From assembly GCF_021869535.1 (NCBI RefSeq), contig NW_026262690.1, forward strand, positions 11,842,001 through 11,906,000: a stretch of 64,000 nucleotides of DNA, in the 5' to 3' direction. This DNA is from Mytilus californianus (taxonomy: Eukaryota). This document shows, piece after piece, positions 46,490 through 60,250 of this stretch. The first letter of the stretch is position 1; every line of letters begins with the position of its first letter. The notes below the pieces were generated by a model. The model was not told the origin of the DNA. It saw nothing but the letters and a program-made list of their open reading frames with translations, and made no database searches. The position numbers were made by a program, and so were the translations under genes.

Positions 46490-49400
46490 CATGACAGAAT
46501 ATGATTGAATCCAAAGAAAGTGAAAATTTAAATGTTAATAAAGTTCCTACAAAATATGACTACATTTCTAATAAAAGTGGAGATTTAAATGCTAGAGTTT
46601 TTACAGAATATGACTGCATTTCTAACAAAAGTGGAGATTTTAATGCCAAAGTTTCAACAGAATACGACTGCATTTCTAACGAAAGTGAGGATTTTAATGC
46701 CAAAGTTTCTACAGAATACGACTGCATTTCTAACGAAAGAGAAGATTTTAATGCCGAAGTTTCTACAGAATATGACTGCATTTCTAAAGAAAGGGGAGAT
46801 TTTAATGCTAAAGTTTCTACAAAATATGAGTAAATTTCTAATAAGAGTGGAGATTTAAATGCTGGAAATTCTACAAAAAATTTTAATGTTAATAAAGTTT
46901 CTACAGAATATGACTACATTTCTAATGAAAGATGAGATTTGAATGCTGGAGTTTCTTTCTACAGAATATGACCGAATTTCTAACGAAAGAAAGTAGAGAT
47001 TTAAATACTAGAGTTTCTAGAATATGACTTCATTTCTAAAGAAAGTGGAGATTTTAATGCCAAAGTTACTACAGAATATGACTGCATTTCCAACAAAAGG
47101 GGAGATTTTTATGCCAAAGTTTCTAAAGAATATGACTGCATTTCACAAGAAAGAAAGTGGGGATTTTAATGCTAAAGTTTCTAAAGAATACGACTGCATT
47201 TCTATTGAAAGAGGAGATTTTAATGCCAAAGTTTCTACAGAAAACGACTGCCTTTCTAACGAAAGTGGAGATATAAATGCCAAAGTTTCTACAGAATATG
47301 GCTGCATTTCTAACGAAAGTGGAGATTTTAATGCTAAAGTTACTACAGAATATGACTGCATTTCCAACAAAAAGGAAGATTTTAATGCCAAAGTTTCTAC
47401 AGAATATAGCTGCATTTCTAACGAAAGTGAGTGGAAATTTTAATGCTAGAGTTTCTACAAAATATGACTTCATTTTTAACGAAAGTGGAAATTTTATTGC
47501 CAAAGTTACTACAGAATATGACTGCATTTTCAACAAAAGGGGAGATTTTTATGCCAAAGTTTCTACAGCATATGACTGCATTTCCAAAGAAAGAAAGTGG
47601 AGATTTTAATGCTAGAGTTTCTAAAGAATGCATTTCTAACGAAAGAGGAGATTTTAATGCCAAAGTTTCTACAGAATACGACTGCATTTCTAACGAAAGT
47701 GAAGATTTTAATGCCAAAGTTTCTACAGAATACGACTGCATTTCTAACGAAAGAGAAGATTTTTAATGCCGAAGTTTCTACAGAATATGACTGCATTTCG
47801 AATGAAAGGGGAGATTTTAATGCTAAAGTTTCTACAGAATATGAGTAAATTTCTAATAAGAGTGGAGATTTTAATGCTGGAAATTCTACAGAAAATTTTA
47901 ATGTTAATAAAGTTTCTACAGAATATGACTACATTTCTATTGAAAGATGAGATTTGAATGCTGGAGTTTCTTTCTACAGAATATGACCGAATTTCTAACG
48001 AAAGAAAGTGGAGATTTTAATACTAGAGTTTCCAGAATATGATTTCATTTCTAACGAAACGATGGAGATTTTAATGCCAAAGTTACTACAGAATATGACT
48101 GCATTTCCAACAAAAGGGGAGATTTTTATGCCAAAGTTTCTACAGAATATAACTGCATTTCCAGAGAAAGAAAGTGGAGATTTTAATGCTAGAGTTTCTA
48201 AAGAATACGACTGCATTTCTAACGAAAGAGGAGATTTTAATGCCAAAGTTTCTACAGAATACGACTGCCTTTCTAACGAAAGTGGAGATATAAATGCCAA
48301 AGTTTCTACAGAATATGGCTGCATTTCAAACGAAAGTGGAGATTTTAATGCCAAAGTTACTACAGAATATGACTGCATTTCCAACAAAAGGGAAGATTTT
48401 AATGCCAAAGTTTCTACAGAATATGACTGCATTTCCAATATAAGAAAGTGGAGATTTTAATGCTAGATTTTCTAAAGAATACGACTGCATTTCTAACAAA
48501 AGAGGAGATTTTAATGCCAAAGTTTCTACAGAATACGACTGCCTTTCTAACGAAAGTGGAGATATAAATGCCAAAGTTTCTACAGAATATGGCTGCACTT
48601 CTAAGGAAAGTGAGTGGAAATTTTAATGCTAGAGTTTCTACAAAATATGACTTCATTTCTAACGAAAGTGGAAATTTTAATGCCAAAGTTACTACAGAAT
48701 ATGACTGCATTTTCAACAAAAGGGAAGATTTTAATGCCAAAGTTTCTACGGAATATCACTGCATTTCCAATGAAAGAAAGTGGAGATTTTTATGCTAAAG
48801 TTTCTAAAGAATACGACTGCATTTCTATTGAAAGAGGAGATTTTAATGCCAAAGTTTCTACAGAAAACGACTGCCTTTCTAACGAAAGTGGAGATATAAA
48901 TGCCAAAGTTTCTACAGAATATGGCTGCATTTCTAACGAAAGTGGAGATTTTAATGCTAAAGTTACTACAGAATATGACTGCATTTCCAACAAAAAGGAA
49001 GATTTTAATGCCAAAGTTTCTACAGAATATAGCTGCATTTCTAACGAAAGTGAGTGGAAATTTTAATGCTAGAGTTTCTACAAAATATGACTTCATTTTT
49101 AACGAAAGTGGAAATTTTATTGCCAAAGTTACTACAGAATATGACTGCATTTTCAACAAAAGGGGAGATTTTTATGCCAAAGTTTCTACAGCATATGACT
49201 GCATTTCCAAAGAAAGAAAGTGGAGATTTTAATGCTAGAGTTTCTAAAGAATGCATTTCTAACGAAAGAGGAGATTTTAATGCCAAAGTTTCTACAGAAT
49301 ACGACTGCATTTCTAACGAAAGTGAAGATTTTAATGCCAAAGTTTCTACAGAATACGACTGCATTTCTAACGAAAGAGAAGATTTTTAATGCCGAAGTTT

Positions 49401-52400
49401 CTACAGAATATGACTGCATTTCGAATGAAAGGGGAGATTTTAATGCTAAAGTTTCTACAGAATATGAGTAAATTTCTAATAAGAGTGGAGATTTTAATGC
49501 TGGAAATTCTACAGAAAATTTTAATGTTAATAAAGTTTCTACAGAATATGACTACATTTCTATTGAAAGATGAGATTTGAATGCTGGAGTTTCTTTCTAC
49601 AGAATATGACCGAATTTCTAACGAAAGAAAGTGGAGATTTTAATACTAGAGTTTCCAGAATATGATTTCATTTCTAACGAAACGATGGAGATTTTAATGC
49701 CAAAGTTACTACAGAATATGACTGCATTTCCAACAAAAGGGGAGATTTTTATGCCAAAGTTTCTACAGAATATAACTGCATTTCCAGAGAAAGAAAGTGG
49801 AGATTTTAATGCTAGAGTTTCTAAAGAATACGACTGCATTTCTAACGAAAGAGGAGATTTTAATGCCAAAGTTTCTACAGAATACGACTGCCTTTCTAAC
49901 GAAAGTGGAGATATAAATGCCAAAGTTTCTACAGAATATGGCTGCATTTCAAACGAAAGTGGAGATTTTAATGCCAAAGTTACTACAGAATATGACTGCA
50001 TTTCCAACAAAAGGGAAGATTTTAATGCCAAAGTTTCTACAGAATATGACTGCATTTCCAATATAAGAAAGTGGAGATTTTAATGCTAGATTTTCTAAAG
50101 AATACGACTGCATTTCTAACAAAAGAGGAGATTTTAATGCCAAAGTTTCTACAGAATACGACTGCCTTTCTAACGAAAGTGGAGATATAAATGCCAAAGT
50201 TTCTACAGAATATGGCTGCACTTCTAAGGAAAGTGAGTGGAAATTTTAATGCTAGAGTTTCTACAAAATATGACTTCATTTCTAACGAAAGTGGAAATTT
50301 TAATGCCAAAGTTACTACAGAATATGACTGCATTTTCAACAAAAGGGAAGATTTTAATGCCAAAGTTTCTACGGAATATCACTGCATTTCCAATGAAAGA
50401 AAGTGGAGATTTTTATGCTAAAGTTTCTAAAGAATACGACTGCATTTCTATTGAAAGAGGAGATTTTAATGCCAAAGTTTCTACAGAAAACGACTGCCTT
50501 TCTAACGAAAGTGGAGATATAAATGCCAAAGTTTCTACAGAATATGGCTGCATTTCTAACGAAAGTGGAGATTTTAATGCTAAAGTTACTACAGAATATG
50601 ACTGCATTTCCAACAAAAAGGAAGATTTTAATGCCAAAGTTTCTACAGAATATAGCTGCATTTCTAACGAAAGTGAGTGGAAATTTTAATGCTAGAGTTT
50701 CTACAAAATATGACTTCATTTTTAACGAAAGTGGAAATTTTATTGCCAAAGTTACTACAGAATATGACTGCATTTTCAACAAAAGGGGAGATTTTTATGC
50801 CAAAGTTTCTACAGCATATGACTGCATTTCCAAAGAAAGAAAGTGGAGATTTTAATGCTAGAGTTTCTAAAGAATGCATTTCTAACGAAAGAGGAGATTT
50901 TAATGCCAAAGTTTCTACAGAATACGACTGCATTTCTAACGAAAGTGAAGATTTAAATGCCAAAGTTTCTACAGAATACGACTGCATTTCTAACGAAAGA
51001 GAAGATTTTTAATGCCGAAGTTTCTACAGAATATGACTGCATTTCGAATGAAAGGGGAGATTTTAATGCTAAAGTTTCTACAGAATATGAGTAAATTTCT
51101 AATAAGAGTGGAGATTTTAATGCTGGAAATTCTACAGAAAATTTTAATGTTAATAAAGTTTCTACAGAATATGACTACATTTCTATTGAAAGATGAGATT
51201 TGAATGCTGGAGTTTCTTTCTACAGAATATGACCGAATTTCTAACGAAAGAAAGTGGAGATTTTAATACTAGAGTTTCCAGAATATGATTTCATTTCTAA
51301 CGAAACGATGGAGATTTTAATGCCAAAGTTACTACAGAATATGACTGCATTTCCAACAAAAGGGGAGATTTTTATGCCAAAGTTTCTACAGAATATAACT
51401 GCATTTCCAGAGAAAGAAAGTGGAGATTTTAATGTTAGAGTTTCTAAAGAATACGACTGCATTTCTAACGAAAGAGGAGATTTTAATGCCAAAGTTTCTA
51501 CAGAATACGACTGCCTTTCTAACGAAAGTGGAGATATAAATGCCAAAGTTTCTACAGAATATGGCTGCATTTCAAACGAAAGTGGAGATTTTAATGCCAA
51601 AGTTACTACAGAATATGACTGCATTTCCAACAAAAGGGAAGATTTTAATGCCAAAGTTTCTACAGAATATGACTGCATTTCCAATATAAGAAAGTGGAGA
51701 TTTTAATGCTAGATTTTCTAAAGAATACGACTGCATTTCTAACAAAAGAGGAGATTTTAATGCCAAAGTTTCTACAGAATACGACTGCCTTTCTAACGAA
51801 AGTGGAGATATAAATGCCAAAGTTTCTACAGAATATGGCTGCACTTCTAAGGAAAGTGAGTGGAAATTTTAATGCTAGAGTTTCTACAAAATATGACTTC
51901 ATTTCTAACGAAAGTGGAAATTTTAATGCCAAAGTTACTACAGAATATGACTGCATTTTCAACAAAAGGGAAGATTTTAATGCCAAAGTTTCTACGGAAT
52001 ATCACTGCATTTCCAATGAAAGAAAGTGAAGATTTTTATGCTTGAGTTTCTAAAAAATACGACTGCATTTCTAAAGAAAGAGGAGATTTTAATGCCAAAT
52101 GTTCTACAGAATACGACTGCCTTTCTAACGAAAGTGGAGATATAAATGCCAAAGTTTCTACAGAATATGGCTGCATTAAAACGAAAGTTGAGATTTTAAT
52201 GCCAAATTTTCTACAGAATAAGACTGCATTTCCAGCGAAAGGGGAGATTTTTATGCCAAAGTGTCTACAGAATATGACTGCATTTCCAAAAAAAGAAAGT
52301 GGAGATTTTAATGCTAGAGTCTCTAAACATACGACTGCATTTCTAACAAAAGTGGAGATTTTAGTAGAGATTTTAATGCCAAAGTTTCTACAGAATATGA

Positions 52401-53170
52401 CTGCATTTCTACTGAAAGTGGAGATTTTAATGCCAAAGTTTCTACACAATATGACTGCATTTCTAACGAAAGTGGATATTTTAATGCCAAAGTTTCTACA
52501 CAATATGTCTGCATTTCTAACAAAAGGGGATATTTTATTGCCAAAGTTTCTACAGAATATAACTGAATTTCTAACGAAAATTGAGATTTTAATGCCAAAG
52601 TTTCTACAGAATATGACTGCATTTCAAATGATAGGTGTGATGTTAGTGCCAACATTTCTTCAGAATTTCAGAATATGACAGCATTTTTACAGAAAGGGGA
52701 GATTTTCTACAGAATATGAGTACATTTCTAACGATTTCTAAATGTGCCAAAGTTTCTACAGAATATGACTGCATTTCTAACAAAAGTGGAGATATAAATG
52801 CCAAAGTGTCTACAGAATATGACTGCATTTCTAACGAAAGAAAATGGAGATTTTAATGCAAGAGTTTCTACAGATTATGAATGCTTTTCCAATGAAAGGG
52901 GAGATTTTTATACCAAAATTTTTACAGAATATGACTGCATTCCTAAAAAAAGAAAGTTAAGATTTTATTGCAAGAGTTTCTACAGAATATGACTACATTT
53001 CTAATGAGAGTGTACATTTTAATGCTGGAAATTCTACAGAAAAATTTAAATCTTAATAAAGTTTCTACAGAATGTGACTACATTTAAAATGAGAGTGGAG
53101 ATTTTAATTCTAGAATTTCTATAGAAATTGACTACTTTTCTAAAAATAGTCGATATTTTAATGCCAAAGT
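46490..53170 (+). repeat. 54-bp satellite (~120 monomers) with three 1623-bp higher-order repeats (~47170-52040)
   Basis: Monomer GTGGAGATTTTAATGCCAAAGTTTCTACAGAATATGACTGCATTTCTAACGAAA; identical ORFs recur at +1623 (47431/49054/50677; 48008/49631/51254). Confidence 0.95.
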
Positions 53171-53189
53171 TCAGATATCGGTAGTTCTG

Positions 53190-56100
53190 CTTTATGATTT
53201 TATGATTGCAAATAAATTTGGATATTTTCTGTGCAATTTAACAAAGTCTATCCATAAAAAGTTTTGGAATAATATCTTCAGTTTTCTTATCCTCTATTTG
53301 CGCATCGGGAGGAATTTGCTATAATGCGTCTGCGTTTTGATGCTTTCTACCTGATCGGTATTCTATATTCAAATCCTATTCCTGCAGAGTTAATGACTAT
53401 CATGCTACCCTTCCCGTAGGATCTTTAATGTCCATATGCCATTTTAAAGGATTATGATCCGGTATAATTGTCACTTTCTTCCGTAGAGAAAATGTCTAAA
53501 ATATTTCACACCCCATACGATTGCTAGAGTTTCTTTTTCGATGACAGCATAATTACGTTCGTTCGGTTTAAGAGTTCTACTTGCATACGCGATTTCCCTT
53601 TCACTCTCTGGTCCCTGTTGAGCAAATACTATTCCAAGACCTGTATCGCACGCATTTGTAATAACAAGAAAGGCAATTTAAAATCCGGATAGGGTAATAC
53701 TGGATATTGTGTCAAAGCCTGCTTAAATATGCCAAAGGTCTTTTCACATTTTCATCCTAAACAGATTTTATTCAACATGAACATCTCCAAAAGGTAATAT
53801 CTCATGGTCCTAAGTTCAGAGAACCCCAACACATCAATTGGAACCATAACTTCAAAATAATTATGGATTCCATTGAGGACTACGCCAGAGCATGGGCAAA
53901 ACGAGAAGAAGTTAAACTGGACACTGTGTCAGAATGGGTCAAAACTACCAGGTTTCTGATAAAACGTCAAATTTATAAGTTGAAAAACTGTGTGAATGAT
54001 CGACCAAAGTCCGTTTTCAGAGACAAAGAAGCAGTGAAATGTCTTTCATCTCTTCACGATAAATATGTTGTTGTTTCTGCGGACACATCTTCAAATAATA
54101 TTGTCTTTGTATGTAAATCGTACTACTACGAGTGTCTTATAAAAGAATTAGGAATAAATGAGCACTTAAAAATATATCATTTGACAAGGATGAGATTTTG
54201 GCGAATAATAAGTCCTTCATGGCTTCAATGAACATTACATTGAACAGCAAATCTGAGGACTTAACTTGTTTGTATTGGATACCTAAGCTTCACAAAATTC
54301 CGTACAATCAACGGTACATTGTCGGCTCATCTGCATGTTCAACAAAAGAATGTCCATAAGATTGACAAAAATTCTGTCCGCATTGAAATAGGGTCTTCAA
54401 AAATACTGTGAAACTGTTTACTCGCGTAGTGGTATTAACCATATGTGGATTCTAAAAAAACTCTAAAGAACTTCTGGATAATTTTAAATCTCGATCTTTC
54501 TCAGAAATTAATTCTATCAAAACTATTGATTTTTCAACTCTGTATACCACCATTCCCCATATTAAATTGAAAAATCATCTAAAAGAAATAATCCACAATG
54601 CTTTTCATTTTAAAAATAGTAACAAATGCTATAAATTTATTACGTTGGGATACCATACGGCATATGTTGTATATAGTGAACAAAAAGGTAAAACATGCTA
54701 CACAGAGGAACAAGTGATCAGTATGCTGGAGTTTCTTATTGACAACATATTTGTTGAATTTGGAGGTAGACTTTTTCAACAAATTGTCGGCATTCCTATG
54801 GGAACGATCTGTGCTCCTCTCCTTGCCGACCTCTTCTTATTTTCATATGAGTCGGAGTTCCTTCAGACACTTGTCAAAAACTTTTCTGATTTGGTTCCAT
54901 TAATATATCCTCCAGAACTAGAAATTAAAGAAACAACAGACACGGCTTCCTCCGCCTTATTTTTAGACTTAAACCTCGAATTTGACATAAGCGGTCATCT
55001 CAGTACCAGAATCTATGACAAACGAGACGATTTTAATTTTGAAATTGTCAATTTCCCCCACCTCAATAGCAATATACCAACTTCACCTGCATATGGGATA
55101 TACATTTTCTAACTCATTCGGTATTCAAGAGCTTGCAGCTGCAGACTTTATGAAACGTCACCAGTGTCTCATCAGAAAGTTGATGAACCATGGTTATGTC
55201 AAAGAACGTCTCGTCCTTTTTCTAGGAAAAGTTCATCGGAAGATACCAAGACCTTGTTGATAAATATTCCTTATCAACTTCACAAATAATACATGATTTG
55301 AAAATGATCATATCATCGATATAAACTTGATAAGACTTCCACAATAATCCATATAGTAATGTATCCTTTAGGGGTTGGAACGTAGGAGCGTAAATACATA
55401 ATTCAAACGGCATAAAGTTGAATTCATAATGACCACCGAAATACGAAAAAAAGCTGTTTTCTCTTTGTCGACTTCCCTGACGGGGACTTGATGATATCCT
55501 TGGCACATACAGAAACTGTATAATATTTTGGTTTGTTAAAACCGTCTTACATTTCGTCTATTTGAGGGATCGGATAAACATCCATTTTCGTTACTTCATT
55601 TATCTGACGATAATCGATACACAGTCTTATAGAACCATCACGTTTCGGAACCAAGACAAAGGAGCAGAGTACGAACTCTTATAAATGCCAATAATTCCTT
55701 TATCATACAGCATTTGTATTTTATCTCCTAATGCATTTCTTTCACTGAATGGGATTTTAAACGGACGTTGATATATTGGTTTACTATCTCCAATATCAAC
55801 GGAATGTTCGATAACCGTATTTTTTCCAAACTGGTCATCAGAAAATGCGAATATCGACTTGTATTTCTGAAGAAGAATTTGCTCATTTTCACTTTTCTCT
55901 AATCCTTCATCTATATTGAATGAATTTTCAATTTCATTCACACTTTCTACTAGATCTATTCCATTCATAGATTCAAGTTGTGTAACATCACATTTAGATA
56001 ACGGCATATCCTCTAAACATTCAAAATTTACATATTACTCATTATTAAACACAATACAATTATTTCCTAAATCTACATTGCATGAAAAATCACACATGAT

Positions 56101-57500
56101 ATCTAATCGTATGATACACTGATAGAAAAATAGCTGTTACATAGACATTGTACACAAATTCGCACTTATTCCCAATCTTAAATTGCACATTAGATTTTCC
56201 AATAATGTTGATTTCATCACCGGATGCAGAAGTAATGCATACATTACTAACCTTTGATACATCCCTTATATCAACAAAACTAGCATTGACAATACTGACG
56301 GTCGAGCCTGTATCCACCAACATTGCTACACTTTTCTCATTAATTGAACCTCTTATGTTGTCAACAAAATATTTAGGATTTAGTTCACAAGATATAACAT
56401 TTTCCTCTACGGCATCTGAATGGCGAGACAAGAATTTTCATTTACAATTTGTACCACTTGTGGACAAAACTTCGTGAAAGGAGAATTTCCACAATCACCA
56501 ACCTTTTCACTTATTTTAGGAATGATTCTTGGTTTTTCTGCTGTCCTGACTCTAACTAAGGAAGCAGCTCTTAGTTTCCGACCCATTGTTAAACCTTTTT
56601 CTCCTAACACCATATTTCAACGTGTCCCACTATCATATAGTAGTTACATATTGGCCTACTCACCTGTGTTCGCAAATTTCCGTTACTTCCATATCCACGG
56701 CCTCTTCCTTGTCCTTCCCATTGTTGAAATCTATTTCAAGGATTTCCAAAACTATCTCTTCCTCCTGTGGAGAAATCATTCATTTTTATTGTTAATACTT
56801 TCAATTGTTCATTTAAATCTTTAATATTGTCTTCCAGTTACTACTGAGCGCACATGTCACTGCTTGCTTGTCCCGGTTTGTGAATGTATTATTGCATTCC
56901 TCTTGTTTTGCAGAACGGAAAGCTTCCTCGAATGTTAACAGATTTGATAACATAACAAATCTCTTGATGTCTGTTTTAAACCTTGAATAAAAAGTTCCTT
57001 TATTAAGACATCCTTCTGGTTTCGCTACATGTCTGCATACGCACGTATTGCTAGTTTATTTATTTTTTATGCAAAGTCTCCAACGTTTTATCCATCGCGC
57101 TGGCGTGCTTGATATAGGTTGCTGTAATAATTATAACGATTGTAACTCTTTTGGCATGAATCGTTTTCTTAAGGCGTCACATAGCGTTAGATGTTTTTCC
57201 TTTTTATCTTCCTCTAAGGATTCGTATAGTTCTGTTGCACGTTCTCTTAAAAATGCAGGCAAACTATTAGATTTCCCATCATTGCTCCACTCCTTTGCAG
57301 TTGCGATTCGTTCAAAGTTTTTCAACCAACTATCTACATCTTCTTCTAAATTCCATAGAATATGGTTGGTTTTACAATGTCCTTCGCTGTGTGTGGAGCT
57401 GGTGATAACATATTAAGGTTATTTCTCATGTCAATTTCATCATCTTCGGAACGCATTGTTTTTTTATCTTCCTTTGGGTGGTATGTTGAATTTGTAAATG
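53190..57500 (-). mobile_element. Decayed Ty3/gypsy LTR retrotransposon (gag-PR-RT-RNaseH), no integrase or LTR found
   Basis: gag WLKNFERIATAKEW (~57330); protease MLVDTGSTVSIV (~56320); RT YQRPFKIP and QVYIDDMIIF (~55320); RNase H IAYASRTLKPNERNYAVIEKETLAIVWG (~53550). Confidence 0.9.
53770..55295 (+). mobile_element. Penelope-like element RT fragment (probably Naiad-type), degraded
   Basis: HGPKFREP, YVVVSAD..SNNIVFVCK, YWIPKLHK, DFSTLYT, GIPMGTICAPLLADLFL, IYDKRDDFNF; ends after the thumb region with no downstream GIY-YIG. Confidence 0.85.
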
Positions 57501-57553
57501 CTTATATATACAATGTCAATTATAAAAAGATAAAAACTAACTGAACTTAAAAT

Positions 57554-57753
57554 TGCATGAGGGTCCGGATGGGGTTTACAGAAAAGAGATGAATGGACCA
57601 ATACGACAGAATAATGATCCCAAAAAATAGAGAAAAATAAACCAATAAAAAATAAGGAATGTAGAATAATCGGGTGTTAAAATATAGAGAATAATGACCT
57701 GAAAAAAATAAAGAATACAGAATTGAGGGACGCAACATCCAGACCGTCTTGCA
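57554..57753. mobile_element. Small MITE
   Basis: Imperfect 18-bp TIR TGCATGAGGGTCCGGATG / CATCCAGACCGTCTTGCA; no clear TSD. Confidence 0.55.
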
Positions 57754-57844
57754 TGGTATAATAAAAGTAATGATGAAAAGTGGTAATACAAGGTGATCAC
57801 TGATAGCTATGAAAGTTTTAAATTGGTCGTTATAATTGCTATAC

Positions 57845-60250
57845 ATATATATATTTTATTGTGAAGCTACCCCTTCACAACGGGGGCAAGCGCAGCGGGG
57901 TACTGACACCTGCGTCATAAAAAAACATATCATAGTATTTACAAATAGCATTATATGATTGTAATAAAAATGGTACAAGATACTTGCAAATATTTAAAAG
58001 TCTATAAATACATTAACGCTAAAATAACATAATACATTGGTTATTTTGTAAAAGTACATAATAGTAACAAAGTCATATTCATATATTATTGGAGATCTTT
58101 CGTCCATAAAAGATTAAAAATTTCAATCTTGAAACTAAAAACGTTCGCACACAGTTCAAGATATTAAACATTTGAAATTTTATCAAGTACAAAAGAACGT
58201 TCATTCATAACGTCTGCAAGGTATTTTTTTCACGATCTTATCTAAACTATTACCTAAGTCTGGAGAATACAAGTAACCCAGATCACCTATCAAGCACTGT
58301 ATTTGTGCTAAGGGCGGCAACTCTGAAACACAGATATCCATTTTTAAACTATCGAAATATGCTTGTATATCAGTACTTGTTCTTTTTCTGATAGCCGAGA
58401 AAGAATGACAATCTAACATAACGTGAAAAATATTCTCGGTTGAATTTGAGGAACATAACTGACACTCATTGTTTGTTATAAGATTCATTCGTTGAAGCGT
58501 GGCAGTATAGGCAGACAATTCGTTCTTGCCAAAAATTTTAGCCTTGTTGAGCGGAAGTCGTCAACGTTTGATAGATACGGCTGCTTACGTTTAACAACCA
58601 CAAGGGATTGGTACAAGTTTAAACTACTCTTTCCTAAAATATTGGATAGTTGAGTATTGGTCGTTTCGTTACCATAAAGTTTATCAAAGATATTAACGTT
58701 TATGTTTCCATTTGCATAATGGTCAAGACCCGCAGTCTGTAGAATAGTTTCAATATTTTCTATATATTTCCGTTCATTACATTTAACAGGTATAATTTCA
58801 TTTAACGTCAGCCGAATAGCCGACATCCACAGAGAATGTCCAAAATCTATACGATTAAAATCCCCATGTTCACCTAAAATACGAATTGCATGATTTATTT
58901 TCCGTTGAAAATTTTCTTTCAGGTACTGCTCTATATGGTATGTAGATTTAAGGGATCTTGAAAAATATACGCCTAAATATTTATATTCATTAACTTCTTC
59001 AATGAGATAATTCCCTAGGTACCATTTTTTATCTGAGTCTTTCTTTTTACCTGTAACCAGAACCTTCGACTTTGATGAATAAACTTTAAGCTCCATTTTG
59101 AGACAAATTTATGAGCTATGTTTAAAAGAATTTGTAGCTCATCTTCCGTGTTTCCTAACAGGACAATGTCATCAGCGAAAAGAAGACAGTGAATTAATTC
59201 AGAAGCGATGCTTATACCCAAATTTGCCTCCTTCAGCATATCGCATAGGTCAGTCAGTCGGAAAAAAAGTGTAGGAGATAAAATGCATCCTTGTTTAAGA
59301 CCAAATTTTTGATCGAACCAATCAGACTCGTAATTACCAAAAAGGACTTTATTGCTAAAATTCTTATATAGTGCCCGTAGAATCTTCCAGCATTTACCCT
59401 GGATACCCTTTTTCCAGAGAACAGTCCATCCCGCCAAACTTTATCGAAAGCCGATGAAAGATCAAGGAAGGCAAGAAAAGTCTTTTCCTTCCTGGACTTT
59501 TTCATCGAACAAATTCCGTTCAGTATGAAAATGTGATCCTTCACCCTCCTGTCTTTTCGAAATGCACCTTGAGTTTCACCAAGTATCCCTTTATCTTCAA
59601 TATAACCAATCAGATTGCATTCAATTAGCTTACAGTATACCTTGTATACATTTGATGTGAGAGTTATACCTCTATAGTTACTCAGAGAGTGTGTAGACTA
59701 ACCTTTGTGTACGGGTATAATGATTCCTTTATGCCATTCATCTGGAATTGTTTCTAGATCTGTAATTTTTGTAAAAATATGAACAAGGGAGTTCAACAGA
59801 ATGTCCCCACCATATTTAAGGAATTCGTTAGGAATGCCATCAGTATCACAGGTTTTTCCAGATTTGAGACTTTTCAAAGTCTGTGAAATTTTATTTTCGT
59901 CGAAAGTAACCGATTGGGGAGAATCTGATATTAATAAATTTTCGTCAATATTTGTAATAAGGTTTTTAACATCTTTTTCAAGTTCACCATTTTCATTTTG
60001 AAAGGAACTTATGGAGCTAAAATGCTTGGAAAGGGCATTATATATCTCACCCGTAGCCGTTAATATTTTATCCGAATCATGTGGATACTTGCTAAATACA
60101 GACAAAAACAACAGACAATGCAAGACAAAGTATTATAATAATGACCACTTAAGGCTATATTCAGCAGATGTGGGCAAATGGTTTCAAAGATGAAAATTCT
60201 GGAAATTCCTAAGATAGCAAATATACATATGTAATGCACCGTCACGTTAA
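57845..60250 (-). mobile_element. 5'-truncated RTE-X/L2-group LINE remnant
   Basis: Frameshifted ORFs: DGIPNEFLKYGG, FLDLSSAFDKVWR, GLKQGCILSPTLF, LLFADDIVL, YKYLGV, CQLC..ENIFHVMLDC; 3' stem-loop, AATAAA and (TA)n tail; clade call tentative. Confidence 0.8.

Noticed and set aside
46501-53000. Many ORFs with 18-aa repeats (NAKVSTEYDCISNESGDF) suggesting a Cys-containing repeat protein
   Set aside because: Frequent non-triplet indels and stops break every frame, open frames occur on both strands, and no splice structure rescues them. They are by-products of a 54-bp unit.
53190-57850. LTRs, PBS and integrase of the gypsy element
   Set aside because: No direct repeat or PBS was seen. The 3' part ends at the satellite and the 5' part is overlaid by a MITE and a LINE.
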